From positions 64,001 through 128,000 of the IMG/VR virus record IMGVR_UViG_3300011008_000049: 64,000 nt of DNA. One strand, given 5' to 3'. The notes below the pieces were generated by a model that had not been told where the DNA came from, did not search any database, and saw only the letters and a list, made by a program, of their open reading frames with translations. Source of the stretch: a virus. Taxonomy: Duplodnaviria > Caudoviricetes. Shown here piece after piece: positions 30,266 to 40,700 of this stretch. The position numbers were made by a program, and so were the translations under genes. The number at the start of each line of letters is the position of its first letter. Position 1 is the stretch's first letter.

Positions 30266-30466
30266 ATGAGAATAAAAACAAATCCCAATAGCGAAATAGT
30301 AAACGAAATCAGAATGAAATTAAAAGATAATGATGGATATTGCCCTTGTAGGCTTTCAAAAACTCCCGATACAAAATGTATGTGTAAGGAATTCAGAGAA
30401 ATGATAGAACGCGGAGAAAGCGGAGAATGTCATTGTGGTCTTTATGTATTGGAGCAAGATGAATAA
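30266..30466 (+). CDS. Ferredoxin:thioredoxin reductase catalytic-subunit-like protein
   Basis: GYCPCR..CMC..CHCGLY cysteine pattern. Confidence 0.8.
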   Translation: MRIKTNPNSEIVNEIRMKLKDNDGYCPCRLSKTPDTKCMCKEFREMIERGESGECHCGLYVLEQDE

Positions 30467-30943
30467 ATGACATACTTTATTTTGTTCGTTATTAAGATTT
30501 TAGATAATATCATTACAACGGCAAAATCAATATTACAGTATCGTGGAGCAAAAATCGTTTCGTCTATTTTGGTTGTTATATCTCAATTATTATTCTACTT
30601 AATCATATCAAAGGTCGTTAAAGACGATTCAATTATTACTATTATCATTATTTCAATTGCATCCGGCATAGGCAATTTGATTGCTTTTCCGGTTTTAGAG
30701 AAATTTAGAAAAGATGATAAATGGCAATTCCATTTAACAAGTAGCGATATGGATGATGTTCTTAACCTTTGTAACTATCTTGTTGAACATAATATAAAAT
30801 ATCTTGCAAATCACGGGATTAATAGAAAAGGTAAAGAAACCATCAATGTAATTGCATATAGCAAAACAAAAGACCAAAGTAGACTTATCGAAAAATATTT
30901 GGCAGAAACCAAAAGTAAATATCTTAAAGAAATAAACAGGTGA
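30467..30943 (+). CDS. Membrane protein (DUF2179/DUF5698-like)
   Basis: Three hydrophobic helices followed by a soluble domain. Confidence 0.55.
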   Translation: MTYFILFVIKILDNIITTAKSILQYRGAKIVSSILVVISQLLFYLIISKVVKDDSIITIIIISIASGIGNLIAFPVLEKFRKDDKWQFHLTSSDMDDVLNLCNYLVEHNIKYLANHGINRKGKETINVIAYSKTKDQSRLIEKYLAETKSKYLKEINR

Positions 30944-30950
30944 GGTAAAA

Positions 30951-31382
30951 ATGGAACAAATCAAGATTAAATATCATAATTCAAATTTGACTAAAATCGA
31001 GAAAATTGCAATTGGAGATTGGATTGACCTGCGTGCAGCAGAAAATATAACTCTTAAAGCAGGAGAATTCAAATTGATTAGTCTCGGCGTATCAATGAAA
31101 TTGCCAGATGGTTATGAGGCTCATATTGTACCACGCAGTTCTACATTCAAGACTTGGGGAATCATTCAGACAAATCATATGGGCGTTGTAGATAATTCGT
31201 ATTCTGGCAACAACGATATTTGGCGCTTCCCGGCATATGCGGTTCGTGACACAGAAATTAAAGAAAACGATAGAGTATGTCAATTTAGAATTGTCAAGAA
31301 GCAACCACAGATTGAATTCATTGAGACGGAGCAACTTGATGATGTTGACCGTGGTGGGTTTGGAAGTACCGGCAAAAATTAA
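30951..31382 (+). CDS. dut: Trimeric dUTPase
   Basis: DLRA, PRSS, GVVDNSY and RGGFGSTG. Confidence 0.95.
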   Translation: MEQIKIKYHNSNLTKIEKIAIGDWIDLRAAENITLKAGEFKLISLGVSMKLPDGYEAHIVPRSSTFKTWGIIQTNHMGVVDNSYSGNNDIWRFPAYAVRDTEIKENDRVCQFRIVKKQPQIEFIETEQLDDVDRGGFGSTGKN

Positions 31383-31792
31383 TGAATGAGATAATCGAAG
31401 AAATAAAAAGAAAGATAGACATTGAAAGTAGTTCTTTACATATGACACCAGAACAAGAGCAATATGTTGTTGGATTGGCAGATGCGTTACAAATTATAGA
31501 AGAACACTGCGCAAATCAACTTGTTATCGGGAAGAAATATTATGTTTTAACTTATTCAAAATATGAAAGATGTGTAAACGTTGAAGAAATGACCTTATAT
31601 CGAATAAATAATAAGAAAAAGAGGTCATATTGTTTTACGAAAAACAATAATAATCCTGTTCCTGATTTGGTTTTATATAGTAAATCCGGCTTAAAAATGA
31701 GGGTGTTTAATACGATTGAAGAAGCTCAAAATGGTAAATCTCTCTTTCTTTCAAGTTTGCAAGAGGGCAATTGGAGGAAAAGGCGTTTATGA
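31382..31792 (+). CDS. Hypothetical protein
   Basis: 136-aa coupled ORF. Confidence 0.55.
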   Translation: MNEIIEEIKRKIDIESSSLHMTPEQEQYVVGLADALQIIEEHCANQLVIGKKYYVLTYSKYERCVNVEEMTLYRINNKKKRSYCFTKNNNNPVPDLVLYSKSGLKMRVFNTIEEAQNGKSLFLSSLQEGNWRKRRL

Positions 31793-31956
31793 CAGATAAA
31801 AAACAAGATAAAGAATATTTCTTACATAACAATACTCGAATTATTATTACTGAACATTTTCAGAATAAGGGTAAAACAATAACCGAAATTATCAAAGAAG
31901 CCGTTGCAAAGGAAGCAAAATTAACACCTTCACAAAAAGTTATAATTTCGGTATAA
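31789..31956 (+). CDS. TnpW-like small protein (possible recombination directionality factor)
   Basis: IIITEHFQNKGKTITEII pattern, located just upstream of a large serine recombinase. Confidence 0.55.
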   Translation: MTDKKQDKEYFLHNNTRIIITEHFQNKGKTITEIIKEAVAKEAKLTPSQKVIISV

Positions 31957-31975
31957 AAATAATTTAGAAAAACAC

Positions 31976-32004
31976 TTGAACAAAACCCGTACTTATGGTA
32001 TAAT
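31976..32004 (+). promoter_or_regulatory. Recombinase promoter overlapping an imperfect inverted repeat
   Basis: TTGAAC-17bp-TATAAT; arms AAACCCGTACTTA and TGAGTGCGGGTTT. Confidence 0.65.
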
Positions 32005-32057
32005 GTCAGTTAGGCAGAATATTGTGAGTGCGGGTTTGAACTATAAGGAGGTAGTTT

Positions 32058-33671
32058 ATGATAGAACCCACTTACGATGCTGGTCTATATTTACGATTAA
32101 GTAGGGACGATGAACTTCAAGGTGATAGTTCAAGTATCATTACACAGAGACAGATGTTGCGAAAATATGCGACAGACCACAATATCAATATTTATGATGA
32201 ATATGTAGATGATGGATGGTCTGGAACTAATTTTGACAGACCTGATTTTCAGAGGATGATACAAGACATTGAGGACAAGAAGATTAATTGTGTAATAGTA
32301 AAAGACCTTTCAAGATTAGGTAGAAACTATATTTTAACAGGTCAATATACAGAATTATATTTTCCAAGCCACAATGTTAGATTTATTGCCATCAATGACA
32401 GTGTTGACAGTATCAACGGAGACAACGAATTTGCCCCATTCAAAAATATAATAAATGAATGGTACGCAAGAGATATAAGCAAAAAGGTTCATGCTGCATT
32501 GCAAACTAAATTCGCAATGGGAGAAAGATACTCTGCTTATGCTCCGCTTGGTTATAAAAAGAATCCTGACAATCCTGGGAAACTCATCATTGATGAAGAA
32601 ACTCGTTGGATAATCGAAAAAATATATGACTATGCTTCCAGAGGAATGGGAGCAGGAAGAATTACAAAAGCACTTATCCAAGAACAAGTTCCAACATCTT
32701 CATGGATTAACTATCAACGAAACGGTACATTCGCACATATTTTTGAAGGACAGCCGGAAGAAAAGAAATATCTTTGGACTGTTGCACAGGTCAAACACAT
32801 CCTTAAAGACGAAACTTATATTGGCAATAGCATTCATAATCAACAAACAACATTGTCATTTAAGAGCAAAAAGAAAGTGCGTAAACCAGAAAGCGAATGG
32901 TTAAGAATTGAAGATACGCATGAAGCAATTATCGACAAAGAACTATTCAAAACAGTTCAAGAGATGATAAAATCACGGCGCAGACCAACCAAGGATAATG
33001 GCACACAATTATTTTCCGGATTGGTCAAATGCCCTGATTGCGGATGGTCATTAAGGTTTGGAACTAACAAAGCCAACAAAAATCCTTTCAGTTACTATTC
33101 ATGCAGTAAATATGGTCAAATGGGTAAAGTATTCTGTTCAATGCACTATATAAGATATGATACTCTATATGAGTATGTTCTATCTCGTATTAAGTATTGG
33201 GCTTCGTTAGCGCAAAACGATGAAGAAGAACTTATATCATATTTGACGAAGAACGGAGACAAAGAATTTGCATCATCTCAACAAAGAGCAATTTCAGATA
33301 TTAAGAAGTCAGAAAAACGTCTGAATGAACTCGATGTGTTATTTGGAAAACTGTATGAAGATAGGCTACAAAACAAAATCAATGAAAGAAACTTCAATAT
33401 GCTCACAATGAAATATCAGCAAGAGCAGGATGAATTACAATCGTTGATTGAGACTCTTTCCGCAAAATTAAAAGAAGAAAGAGAAGAAGCCGTAGGTAAA
33501 GAAAAGTGGATTGAACTTATTAAATCTTTTACTGACCCGCAAGAATTAACAGCTCCTTTGTTAAATGCGCTAATTGAAAAAATACTTGTTCATGAAGCGA
33601 CAATTGCAGATGACGGAGTAAAAGAACAAGAGGTCGAAATCTACTATCGTTTTGTTGGCAAAATTGATTGA
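32058..33671 (+). CDS. Large serine recombinase/integrase (resolvase + recombinase + zinc ribbon + DUF4368)
   Basis: YLRLSRDD, DDGWSGT, KDLSRLGR, CPDCG and IEKILVHE..EIYYRFVG. Confidence 0.95.
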   Translation: MIEPTYDAGLYLRLSRDDELQGDSSSIITQRQMLRKYATDHNINIYDEYVDDGWSGTNFDRPDFQRMIQDIEDKKINCVIVKDLSRLGRNYILTGQYTELYFPSHNVRFIAINDSVDSINGDNEFAPFKNIINEWYARDISKKVHAALQTKFAMGERYSAYAPLGYKKNPDNPGKLIIDEETRWIIEKIYDYASRGMGAGRITKALIQEQVPTSSWINYQRNGTFAHIFEGQPEEKKYLWTVAQVKHILKDETYIGNSIHNQQTTLSFKSKKKVRKPESEWLRIEDTHEAIIDKELFKTVQEMIKSRRRPTKDNGTQLFSGLVKCPDCGWSLRFGTNKANKNPFSYYSCSKYGQMGKVFCSMHYIRYDTLYEYVLSRIKYWASLAQNDEEELISYLTKNGDKEFASSQQRAISDIKKSEKRLNELDVLFGKLYEDRLQNKINERNFNMLTMKYQQEQDELQSLIETLSAKLKEEREEAVGKEKWIELIKSFTDPQELTAPLLNALIEKILVHEATIADDGVKEQEVEIYYRFVGKID

Positions 33672-33692
33672 TTTTTTTTATACCAAGCAATA

Positions 33693-33732
33693 TCCTTAAC
33701 TATGGGAAACCGGTGTCTCACATAATTAAGGA
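33693..33732. other. Putative attP site
   Basis: 18-bp imperfect inverted arms (15/18) TCCTTAACTATGGGAAAC and GTCTCACATAATTAAGGA around CGGT, about 20 bp after the integrase stop. Confidence 0.65.
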
Positions 33733-33849
33733 GACTGAAAAAGCATTACAATATTCTGCCTACCTACATATTGTAATCGCAAATGGCATTCTTTTATAAA
33801 ATCTCCTATAACACGATAGAATACTTTATAAGCGAATGGCGAAAAATTT

Positions 33850-33884
33850 AAGGGCTATAAGACAGTAAATATCTTATAGCCCTT
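33850..33884. terminator. Bidirectional terminator between the convergent arms
   Basis: 13-bp perfect stem AAGGGCTATAAGA/TCTTATAGCCCTT. Confidence 0.8.
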
Positions 33885-33887
33885 TTA

Positions 33888-34337
33888 TTATTTTTCTTTG
33901 AATCTTAAAATTGTTCTACCAAACAACTTATAGTATGGGATTTCATCTTCTCCGAGTATGTAATAATTTATGGCATCTGCAAGCATTATTGCCCCTATTG
34001 ATAATGCAAGCCAAGCCAAACTAAACGGTAAACAAATAATGCCTTTATAGTTTAATGGCATATTTGAATAATCCCACATTTTCGGCAATATTCCTTTGAT
34101 GGACAGCGTTCCAATTATATATTCAAAAATTGTGATTAATAAACTTCCGAGAGTTCCTTGAAGTAGAATATCAACATTCCATGATATTTTATTATTTATT
34201 TGGTCAAGCAAAAGAATTGCAACACCACCACAAACTCCCATAAGAGGATAGGTATATCCACGCCATAACAGTTCTATTCCGCAATAGGTTATAAAACCAA
34301 CTGTAAATAAAAACAGGATTTTATAAACCTTTTTCAT
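33888..34337 (-). CDS. Membrane protein (ABC_trans_CmpB-like)
   Basis: IELLWRG..GG..EY..G..WDYSNMPLNYKGIICL. Confidence 0.75.
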   Translation of the reverse strand: MKKVYKILFLFTVGFITYCGIELLWRGYTYPLMGVCGGVAILLLDQINNKISWNVDILLQGTLGSLLITIFEYIIGTLSIKGILPKMWDYSNMPLNYKGIICLPFSLAWLALSIGAIMLADAINYYILGEDEIPYYKLFGRTILRFKEK

Positions 34338-34338
34338 A

Positions 34339-35094
34339 TTAATTACCACCGTTCTGTAACAATGCCTTCAGAACATCTGATTGATACTCAACCGGTATAG
34401 AAACACCATATGTTATTGCTGTTACATCAGACATACTTTCTAATGCGTTAATATATACCTTTAACGAATTAAAATAAGTAATATGATATGTCTTAAAAGC
34501 AGTTGCAGTATTAATTATTGTATTTATATCCTCTGCGGAGAACATTTTACAAAGTTCACCATCTGCATGATATGGTATAAGTGTTTCACCAGCAGAAGCC
34601 ATAGCGGAAAGAGTAATCAGATTTAATTGGTCTTGTACCGTAAGAGAAAAATGATGAGTTTCATTATCGCTTAACACAGTATCGAATCCAGCAACAATAA
34701 TATTATTGCATATTGTACTCATTTCCTGGATTTTCTTTTCTTTCAAAAAATCAACCGTAACTTCTTCTATTGGGTCAACAATTTCATCTTCCTGCTGTTG
34801 TGGTTCATCGTTATCATCAAATTCAATTTCTTCTCCTGTTTCAATAGCCTCCAACAGTGTCTCGTATTCTTCTTGATTTATTTGAATTACCTGAACATTC
34901 CTATACTCTACTTTATTAGTTATTGTTGGCAGCATCCAATTATCTCTATAAAAATCATCGTTTAATTGAACATATTGAGCTTGTGCTTCATCACAGGCAA
35001 GTATAATGTTATGCTTCGTCTGATAGCGCCTCATATCCAGAGATGTAGCTATCCCAAGAAAAGTCGTTCCATCTATCAGCTTGTAATAATTCAT
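34339..35094 (-). CDS. Tail-associated protein (DUF4376-like C-terminus)
   Basis: HFSLTVQDQLNL..YHADGELC..YHITYFNSLK; AGGAGG SD; 5' end overlaps the RT 3' end. Confidence 0.65.
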   Translation of the reverse strand: MNYYKLIDGTTFLGIATSLDMRRYQTKHNIILACDEAQAQYVQLNDDFYRDNWMLPTITNKVEYRNVQVIQINQEEYETLLEAIETGEEIEFDDNDEPQQQEDEIVDPIEEVTVDFLKEKKIQEMSTICNNIIVAGFDTVLSDNETHHFSLTVQDQLNLITLSAMASAGETLIPYHADGELCKMFSAEDINTIINTATAFKTYHITYFNSLKVYINALESMSDVTAITYGVSIPVEYQSDVLKALLQNGGN

Positions 35095-36325
35095 TAGTTC
35101 TACCTCCTTTACAATGTTCATATTTCTTTGTTATTTTATAACCATCATATAATTGATTATATAGTTTTAGCATTGTCTTTTGTGTATTATAAGACATTGC
35201 TATTTTAGCGTGTGCAAGCCATGATTGCATTGAATTATAAACGTCATCATAGCTTAACTCACCGTTATCAACCATCTTTCTAAATTTCTTTAACTTAACT
35301 CTCATTCTTGTTATTCCTGGTCTTGTAAGTGTTTTCAATATTTTGCCGCTCGGAGTAATAGAATAATGAACTTTCATAAATACAAATCCATTTGACATTT
35401 TTGTTATCCTGGTTTTCTTATCATTAAATCTCAACCCAAGTTCATCAATTACCTTTCTCATATCTTTTAATAATTGATTAAGAAACTCCTTGCTATCAGA
35501 GAAAATAACTCCATCATCCATATATCGAATGTAATGCTTTACACTTCTATCATCTTTGATATAGTGGTCTAATTTATTCGGGACTGCAAGAGCCATTATT
35601 TGAGATACTTGACTGCCGAGACAAATTCCATTTGAGCCATTGTTTTCAAGGATTCTCAATTTTTCCGCCCTTTCGGGAGTGTCCGGCTCTTTCATCAATG
35701 TAACTCTTTGATAGGATTTTATAATATCCATAGCAATATTTACAATTCTTTCATCATTAAAATTATGAGATAGAACATCATAACAAGTTCTATGTGGAAT
35801 GCTGTCAAAGAAACTTTTGAAATCAAAAACGAGAGCATAGAACTCTGTTCCATACTCCCGCAATGCAGATATTAAATGTTCTTCAAGTCTATTTCGTGTA
35901 AATTCAACACCTTTGCCGGATAAACTCGCACCATTATCATAAATGAGTGTTTTTCTTAATACCGGGACTAATGCGTAATCGCATAACACTCTTTGTGTCA
36001 TTCTATCCCAAATTGTAATTGGAACTATAATTCTTGCTTTCCCTCGTTCCATTATTACTATTTGTTTCGTACTTGTGTATCTCGGCAAAGAGCCTTCTCT
36101 TAATTTTTCTAATGTATTTGTTATTTCAGTAATGGCGTGTTGGTCATATTTTTGAACGCTGTTTTTCCAATTAACACCCTTTTTACATTTTTTAAGTGCT
36201 TCAAAGAAATGCTGATATGTAAATACATTATCAAAATTATCATATTCAGTATTATTAACGAACTTATGATTTCTGCGATTATCATAGTTCTTTTTAGCGT
36301 TTTTAACCTTTTGTGATTTGTTCAT
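35009..36325 (-). CDS. DGR reverse transcriptase
   Basis: YIRYMDD, GICLGSQVSQ (DGR-type SQ), DFKSFFDSI and GKGV. Confidence 0.95.
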   Translation of the reverse strand: MNKSQKVKNAKKNYDNRRNHKFVNNTEYDNFDNVFTYQHFFEALKKCKKGVNWKNSVQKYDQHAITEITNTLEKLREGSLPRYTSTKQIVIMERGKARIIVPITIWDRMTQRVLCDYALVPVLRKTLIYDNGASLSGKGVEFTRNRLEEHLISALREYGTEFYALVFDFKSFFDSIPHRTCYDVLSHNFNDERIVNIAMDIIKSYQRVTLMKEPDTPERAEKLRILENNGSNGICLGSQVSQIMALAVPNKLDHYIKDDRSVKHYIRYMDDGVIFSDSKEFLNQLLKDMRKVIDELGLRFNDKKTRITKMSNGFVFMKVHYSITPSGKILKTLTRPGITRMRVKLKKFRKMVDNGELSYDDVYNSMQSWLAHAKIAMSYNTQKTMLKLYNQLYDGYKITKKYEHCKGGRTNELLQADRWNDFSWDSYISGYEALSDEA

Positions 36326-36618
36326 TGTATTATATCCTTTTCATTTAATCACAATTGAATTTTCCTCTGTATAGCCAAAAATATTTTTGCCTGTTATGGC
36401 TATTAGATTATGAGTATCTTATTAATGTAGGCAACCATTAACAGATGTCCTATGGACGCACCGCTCACTTTCACAGAACGCTTTTATAGCGTACTTTCCT
36501 TAAATCAGGAAAATGTATTGTTTATCATATCTTCATATGAAAGGTCATATTCTCCTTCTCATATATCATTCCTATAAAGAAACCCTTTCACCCTTATTCA
36601 TGGTTACTCAATATATGG

Positions 36619-36745
36619 GAATCAGGGGCAAACTCCATTCGTGTTGTTCGCGTTGTTGTTGTTCGTGTTGCCGTTGTTGTTCACATTCCAGAAGTTCGTA
36701 GAGTTGCCAGTATTCGGGGAACGCAACCACCAGTTGTTGGCAGAT
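36619..36745 (-). ncRNA. DGR template repeat (TR)
   Basis: 127-bp copy of the VR with 17 AAY codons; all 21 mismatches are at TR adenines. Confidence 0.95.
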
Positions 36746-36792
36746 TTCAGAATACAACCTATATATAAATTAAATTGAAATTATAATTGTAA

Positions 36793-37590
36793 TTATTTCA
36801 GTTTTGCAAATCGTTCCTTATCATTCTTTTGTAAACGAACAAGCATTTTAATTTCATTGTTTAGCATTGTTGAAATATCTTTTATCGTATTTTCGCTATA
36901 TTCCATAATGTTAAAGAATGATACAAGTGGTCTTTGCATTTTATATAAATCCGAAATAGCTTCGGAAATACGGGTACGCCTTTTCTCGTAATCATCTTTT
37001 GTGCGAGGATATTTTTCGTTAGCTTTTAGTAGATTATACCAAGCATCATCAACGCAATGAATCAAAATGTTTGTATCAAAACTATCGTATGCGTTTGGAA
37101 TGTGAATGGCTTTACCGTGAACAACTTTATGCAACCGCGACATATTGCTCAAAAATGAGGCAGATTCTACACGCCTCCAATCAATAGTCATTATTTTATT
37201 CATATCGACAACAACGTTTTCTCCTTTGACAAGATTATTGAGCAAGGAAACTTCTTTATCTACTAAATTAGACCATTGCTTCATTTTATCTTCTGGATAT
37301 TTTTCAATATTCCATAATACTAACAATGGCTTTTCTAACTTTCCCAAGCATTTTATTGCGTGTGTAACTAACTTAATTTTCTTTGCAGTATCTTTTTTAT
37401 CATATTCTTCTGTAATTGAAAGAATATCACTAAAAGCACTGTTTAAGTATTTTTCAATATTAGCACATACCCATTTCTGTTTTCTTTTTGATACTTTAAT
37501 TGTACCGTCTCGAATTGTTCTATATAAATCTTTGAATGTTCTCTCATATTCGCATTCGGCAATATTTCTTTTATTCTTTAATACCGACAT
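36793..37590 (-). CDS. avd: Avd-like accessory protein with two tandem four-helix-bundle domains
   Basis: Lies between VR and TR; MSVLKNKR N-terminus; ANEKYP..KRR and KNDKERF in the second half; internal duplication. Confidence 0.8.
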   Translation of the reverse strand: MSVLKNKRNIAECEYERTFKDLYRTIRDGTIKVSKRKQKWVCANIEKYLNSAFSDILSITEEYDKKDTAKKIKLVTHAIKCLGKLEKPLLVLWNIEKYPEDKMKQWSNLVDKEVSLLNNLVKGENVVVDMNKIMTIDWRRVESASFLSNMSRLHKVVHGKAIHIPNAYDSFDTNILIHCVDDAWYNLLKANEKYPRTKDDYEKRRTRISEAISDLYKMQRPLVSFFNIMEYSENTIKDISTMLNNEIKMLVRLQKNDKERFAKLK

Positions 37591-37609
37591 ATTATCTTCC
37601 TCATTCTTT

Positions 37610-37675
37610 TGGCGGGCGAAGCCGCCAGATAATTAAAACACCAGCCTCTCCTTACTGAAATAAAGAGAGACTGGT
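37610..37675 (-). other. Two hairpins downstream of the VR (candidate DGR target-recognition and terminator structures)
   Basis: 37640-37675: 15-bp stem with G:U pairs; 37610-37627: TGGCG-G-GCGAAGC-CGCCA. Confidence 0.55.
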
Positions 37676-37700
37676 ATATTTGTGTGAATAGTTTCATTTT

Positions 37701-40700
37701 TTAGATAGAGAAGCAGGGGCAAACTCCAAACGTGCTGGTCGCGTTGCCGTAGCTCGTGCTGCCGCCGTAGTTCACAAGCCAGAAGTGCGCAGAGTTGCCA
37801 GTAAACGGGGAACGCAACCACCAGTAGCTGGCAGATACCCAACCACCGACATCTGTTGCAGTCCCATAAACAGTTAAACCACAACGGGCAATCTGTTCGT
37901 TAGATACAAAGATGTAATTTGTATTGTTACCGCCATTTGGTTGCCATACATCCCCGATTGCAACCGTAACTCCATCTATCGTATTTGGGTCTGATGATTG
38001 AGTATAGTATGATACAGTATCAGGTATAATTAAACCTCTGAATTTTGCTCTGCGATTGTTTGCAGAAAACCAACCAATATAACTTCCTTCAGAAACATAA
38101 ACTGAACTTGTTTGGCTATTATCAACTTCTTTGATTGCCGCAAGATATACATAATCTTCTGAAATAAGAATTTCACTTGATTGACTTCCAGCAGATGCAC
38201 TTACTTTAATCTTCTTAATCATAGACTGCCATACAGTTGGTAACGCCTTATACAAACGAGGCATAAAGTTTGTCCTCATCTGACAACCATTCCAACCACC
38301 AGCATTTGTGTTAGTTGCATTCATAACATGACCTCTATCACCAAGCAAATTGTTAGCAATAAATGAAGCAGAAGTTCTTTGAGAAGTATTTCCGGCTAAA
38401 CGATAAAGGTTATTACCGGTATATTCAATCCTTAATGGTTCATGACACCATGCAGCAAGTTGTCTTGCGTTGGCATCTCCAATATCATCATGCCACAGTT
38501 TACACCAGTAAATAGTTCCTGTACCATAATCATCATATCCACCATCTCCAAGGAATCTAACAGCGCCAATTGATAATGTTGATTCTGTATCTGTAACACG
38601 ATTTCTTGTAGATTCAATTCTCGTAATTGCATCAGAGAATGCAGATGAAGAACCAGTAGCATTTGAAGCATAGATATAAAGTTTCGCTTCGCCCTTCTTA
38701 TGACGAAGAACAACAATATCTCTGAATTTGGCATTACCAAAACTATGGTTCATATTGCCCCACTGAATATTAGGATTGCTGTTATATCTCAATCTAAATC
38801 CTTCAGAACCATCTTCCTCAAAACAAGAAACCAACGTATTATTTGTCGTTGTACTTGCAAATCTGAAATCAATAGCAAGAGTGAATGATTCTTCGTTTTC
38901 ACCAAACAGTTTAATTCCAGTATTATATGCTGTCGAACCATCAAGATACAATTCAGAAGAACTTAATGTTCCGTTCTCTCCAACAAATGTTGTGCTTTCA
39001 ACGTTGGCAAAATCAAAATCATGTCCAAGTCTAATATCGTAATAGTCTTTTGATTCAAAATAGTTCGTTGCACGACCAGATTGAGCAACTGCATAAATTT
39101 CTCCCTCTGTCATATCTTCTAATGACTTGCTTGTATCAGGAAGCGCAGCCCTCTCCCAAATAGCATATACATCGGTATCTCCCTTGATAAATCCTGTACT
39201 CTTATTCCAACCAGCAAAGACATTATAAACATAAGTTCCTTCTTCTGATGTGTTTGTTGGAATATCACCATCATAAGTAACATCGTCACCATAGTTTGCG
39301 GTTACAGAACCCAAAGAAAGACCTGCTCTTGAATACCATGTTACCGTATATGTTCTTACAGTTTGAGTATAAACAACAGTTATAGTTCTCGGATTAAGCA
39401 TTGCGCTTGTAATATCATCCCAACCATTATAAGTAAATGTATATTGTGCGTTTGCTTCTTGTGTTGGGGTATCAATATATCCAAGAGAAACGGGGTCAGG
39501 AGGAACAGAACCACGGTCAACATAGCAGGAATAAAGGGGCGTGCCATCAGCATTAACATATGTTGCAAGATATTGCGTGACAAGATTTGCCGAGTCATAT
39601 GTTACTTCTAAATCACTCCACGCATTTTCGTAGTTAAGCAATTCCTGATTTCTGATTTGACCACTAATATACGCTTCTCCGGAAAGGAATGAATTGTTCA
39701 TTGCTAAAATTGAATTAAGCAATGTTGTATCACTTAATGTCCAGTCGATTCCAACTAAACGTAAGAATTGTAATGTGTCAATTGCATCAAGAACAATAGC
39801 GTATTCATTGATGTCCGAATTCTCTATTGTAAGAGATTCGAGATTGTCAAATGAAACATCTAAATCGGAAAGATGATGCAAATTCTTCATTGATAAAGTG
39901 TTAATAGTGTCCGGTAAGTGCGCAGTAGCAATCTTTCCGTAGTTTGCAAATGTAACAGCCGTTAATGCAGTTCCTTCTGCTCTCAATGTAGTCAAATTAA
40001 CACAACTTGACAAATTAAGAGAACCAGTCAGATTTGGACAGTTTCTAATATCAAGCGATTCAAGCAATGGAGAAGAACCGAGGTTTAATGTTGTTAAGAA
40101 AGAGTTTTCATAACCAACTGCTGTATTACCGATAATCAACGTTTGCAATTTACTTGCAGATGAAAAATCATTGTCGTGAATATAGCAAGCAGAAATATCA
40201 TTTAACGCCTGAATTCTTGAAGCGCAATAAATAACGAACATAGTATCATCCATTGTTCCATCAATTGGACAATTGACAACATATGAATTTCCTGCCTTTG
40301 CGCGAATTTGAACAGGATTTGTATTACCGAACTTAACAGATAAATACATATCAGAATAAGGAACAATTGTTAAATCATAATTCGGCGTGATAACAGCATC
40401 AAGAGGCGTATTACAACGGAATTCAATCTTATCCGCCATAATTGAACTTGATAAATATTTTGTTCCCATATAGGCTGCCTGGTCACGTTCAAATTGCCTA
40501 CGTTGGTATTTCTTTCTACCATTCATCATTTCTTGTAAATATCTCGGAGTTGGGGACGGAGTAGCGCCAGCATTTAATCCTTCTCCACGATAAGTACGAT
40601 AATATTTACGTTCAATATCTAATCTCCACAATTCTTCTGGGAATTGAGATTGCCAAGCATCATACTCATTGATTAACGAATCAGATGACCAACAGTTTGA

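Larger units (their letters stand above)
35009..37836 (-). mobile_element. Diversity-generating retroelement cassette (VR-avd-TR-RT)
   Basis: Same order as BPP-1 mtd-avd-TR-brt; adenine-specific mismatches. Confidence 0.95.

Noticed and set aside
35009-35094. 86-bp overlap of the RT C-terminus with the next gene as a programmed fusion
   Set aside because: The downstream gene has its own AGGAGG SD; simple stop-codon drift explains the overlap
36637-36682. (GTT)n microsatellite-like run and the Cys-rich + strand ORF 36513..36701
   Set aside because: This is the antisense of the AAC-rich DGR template repeat, not an SSR or a gene
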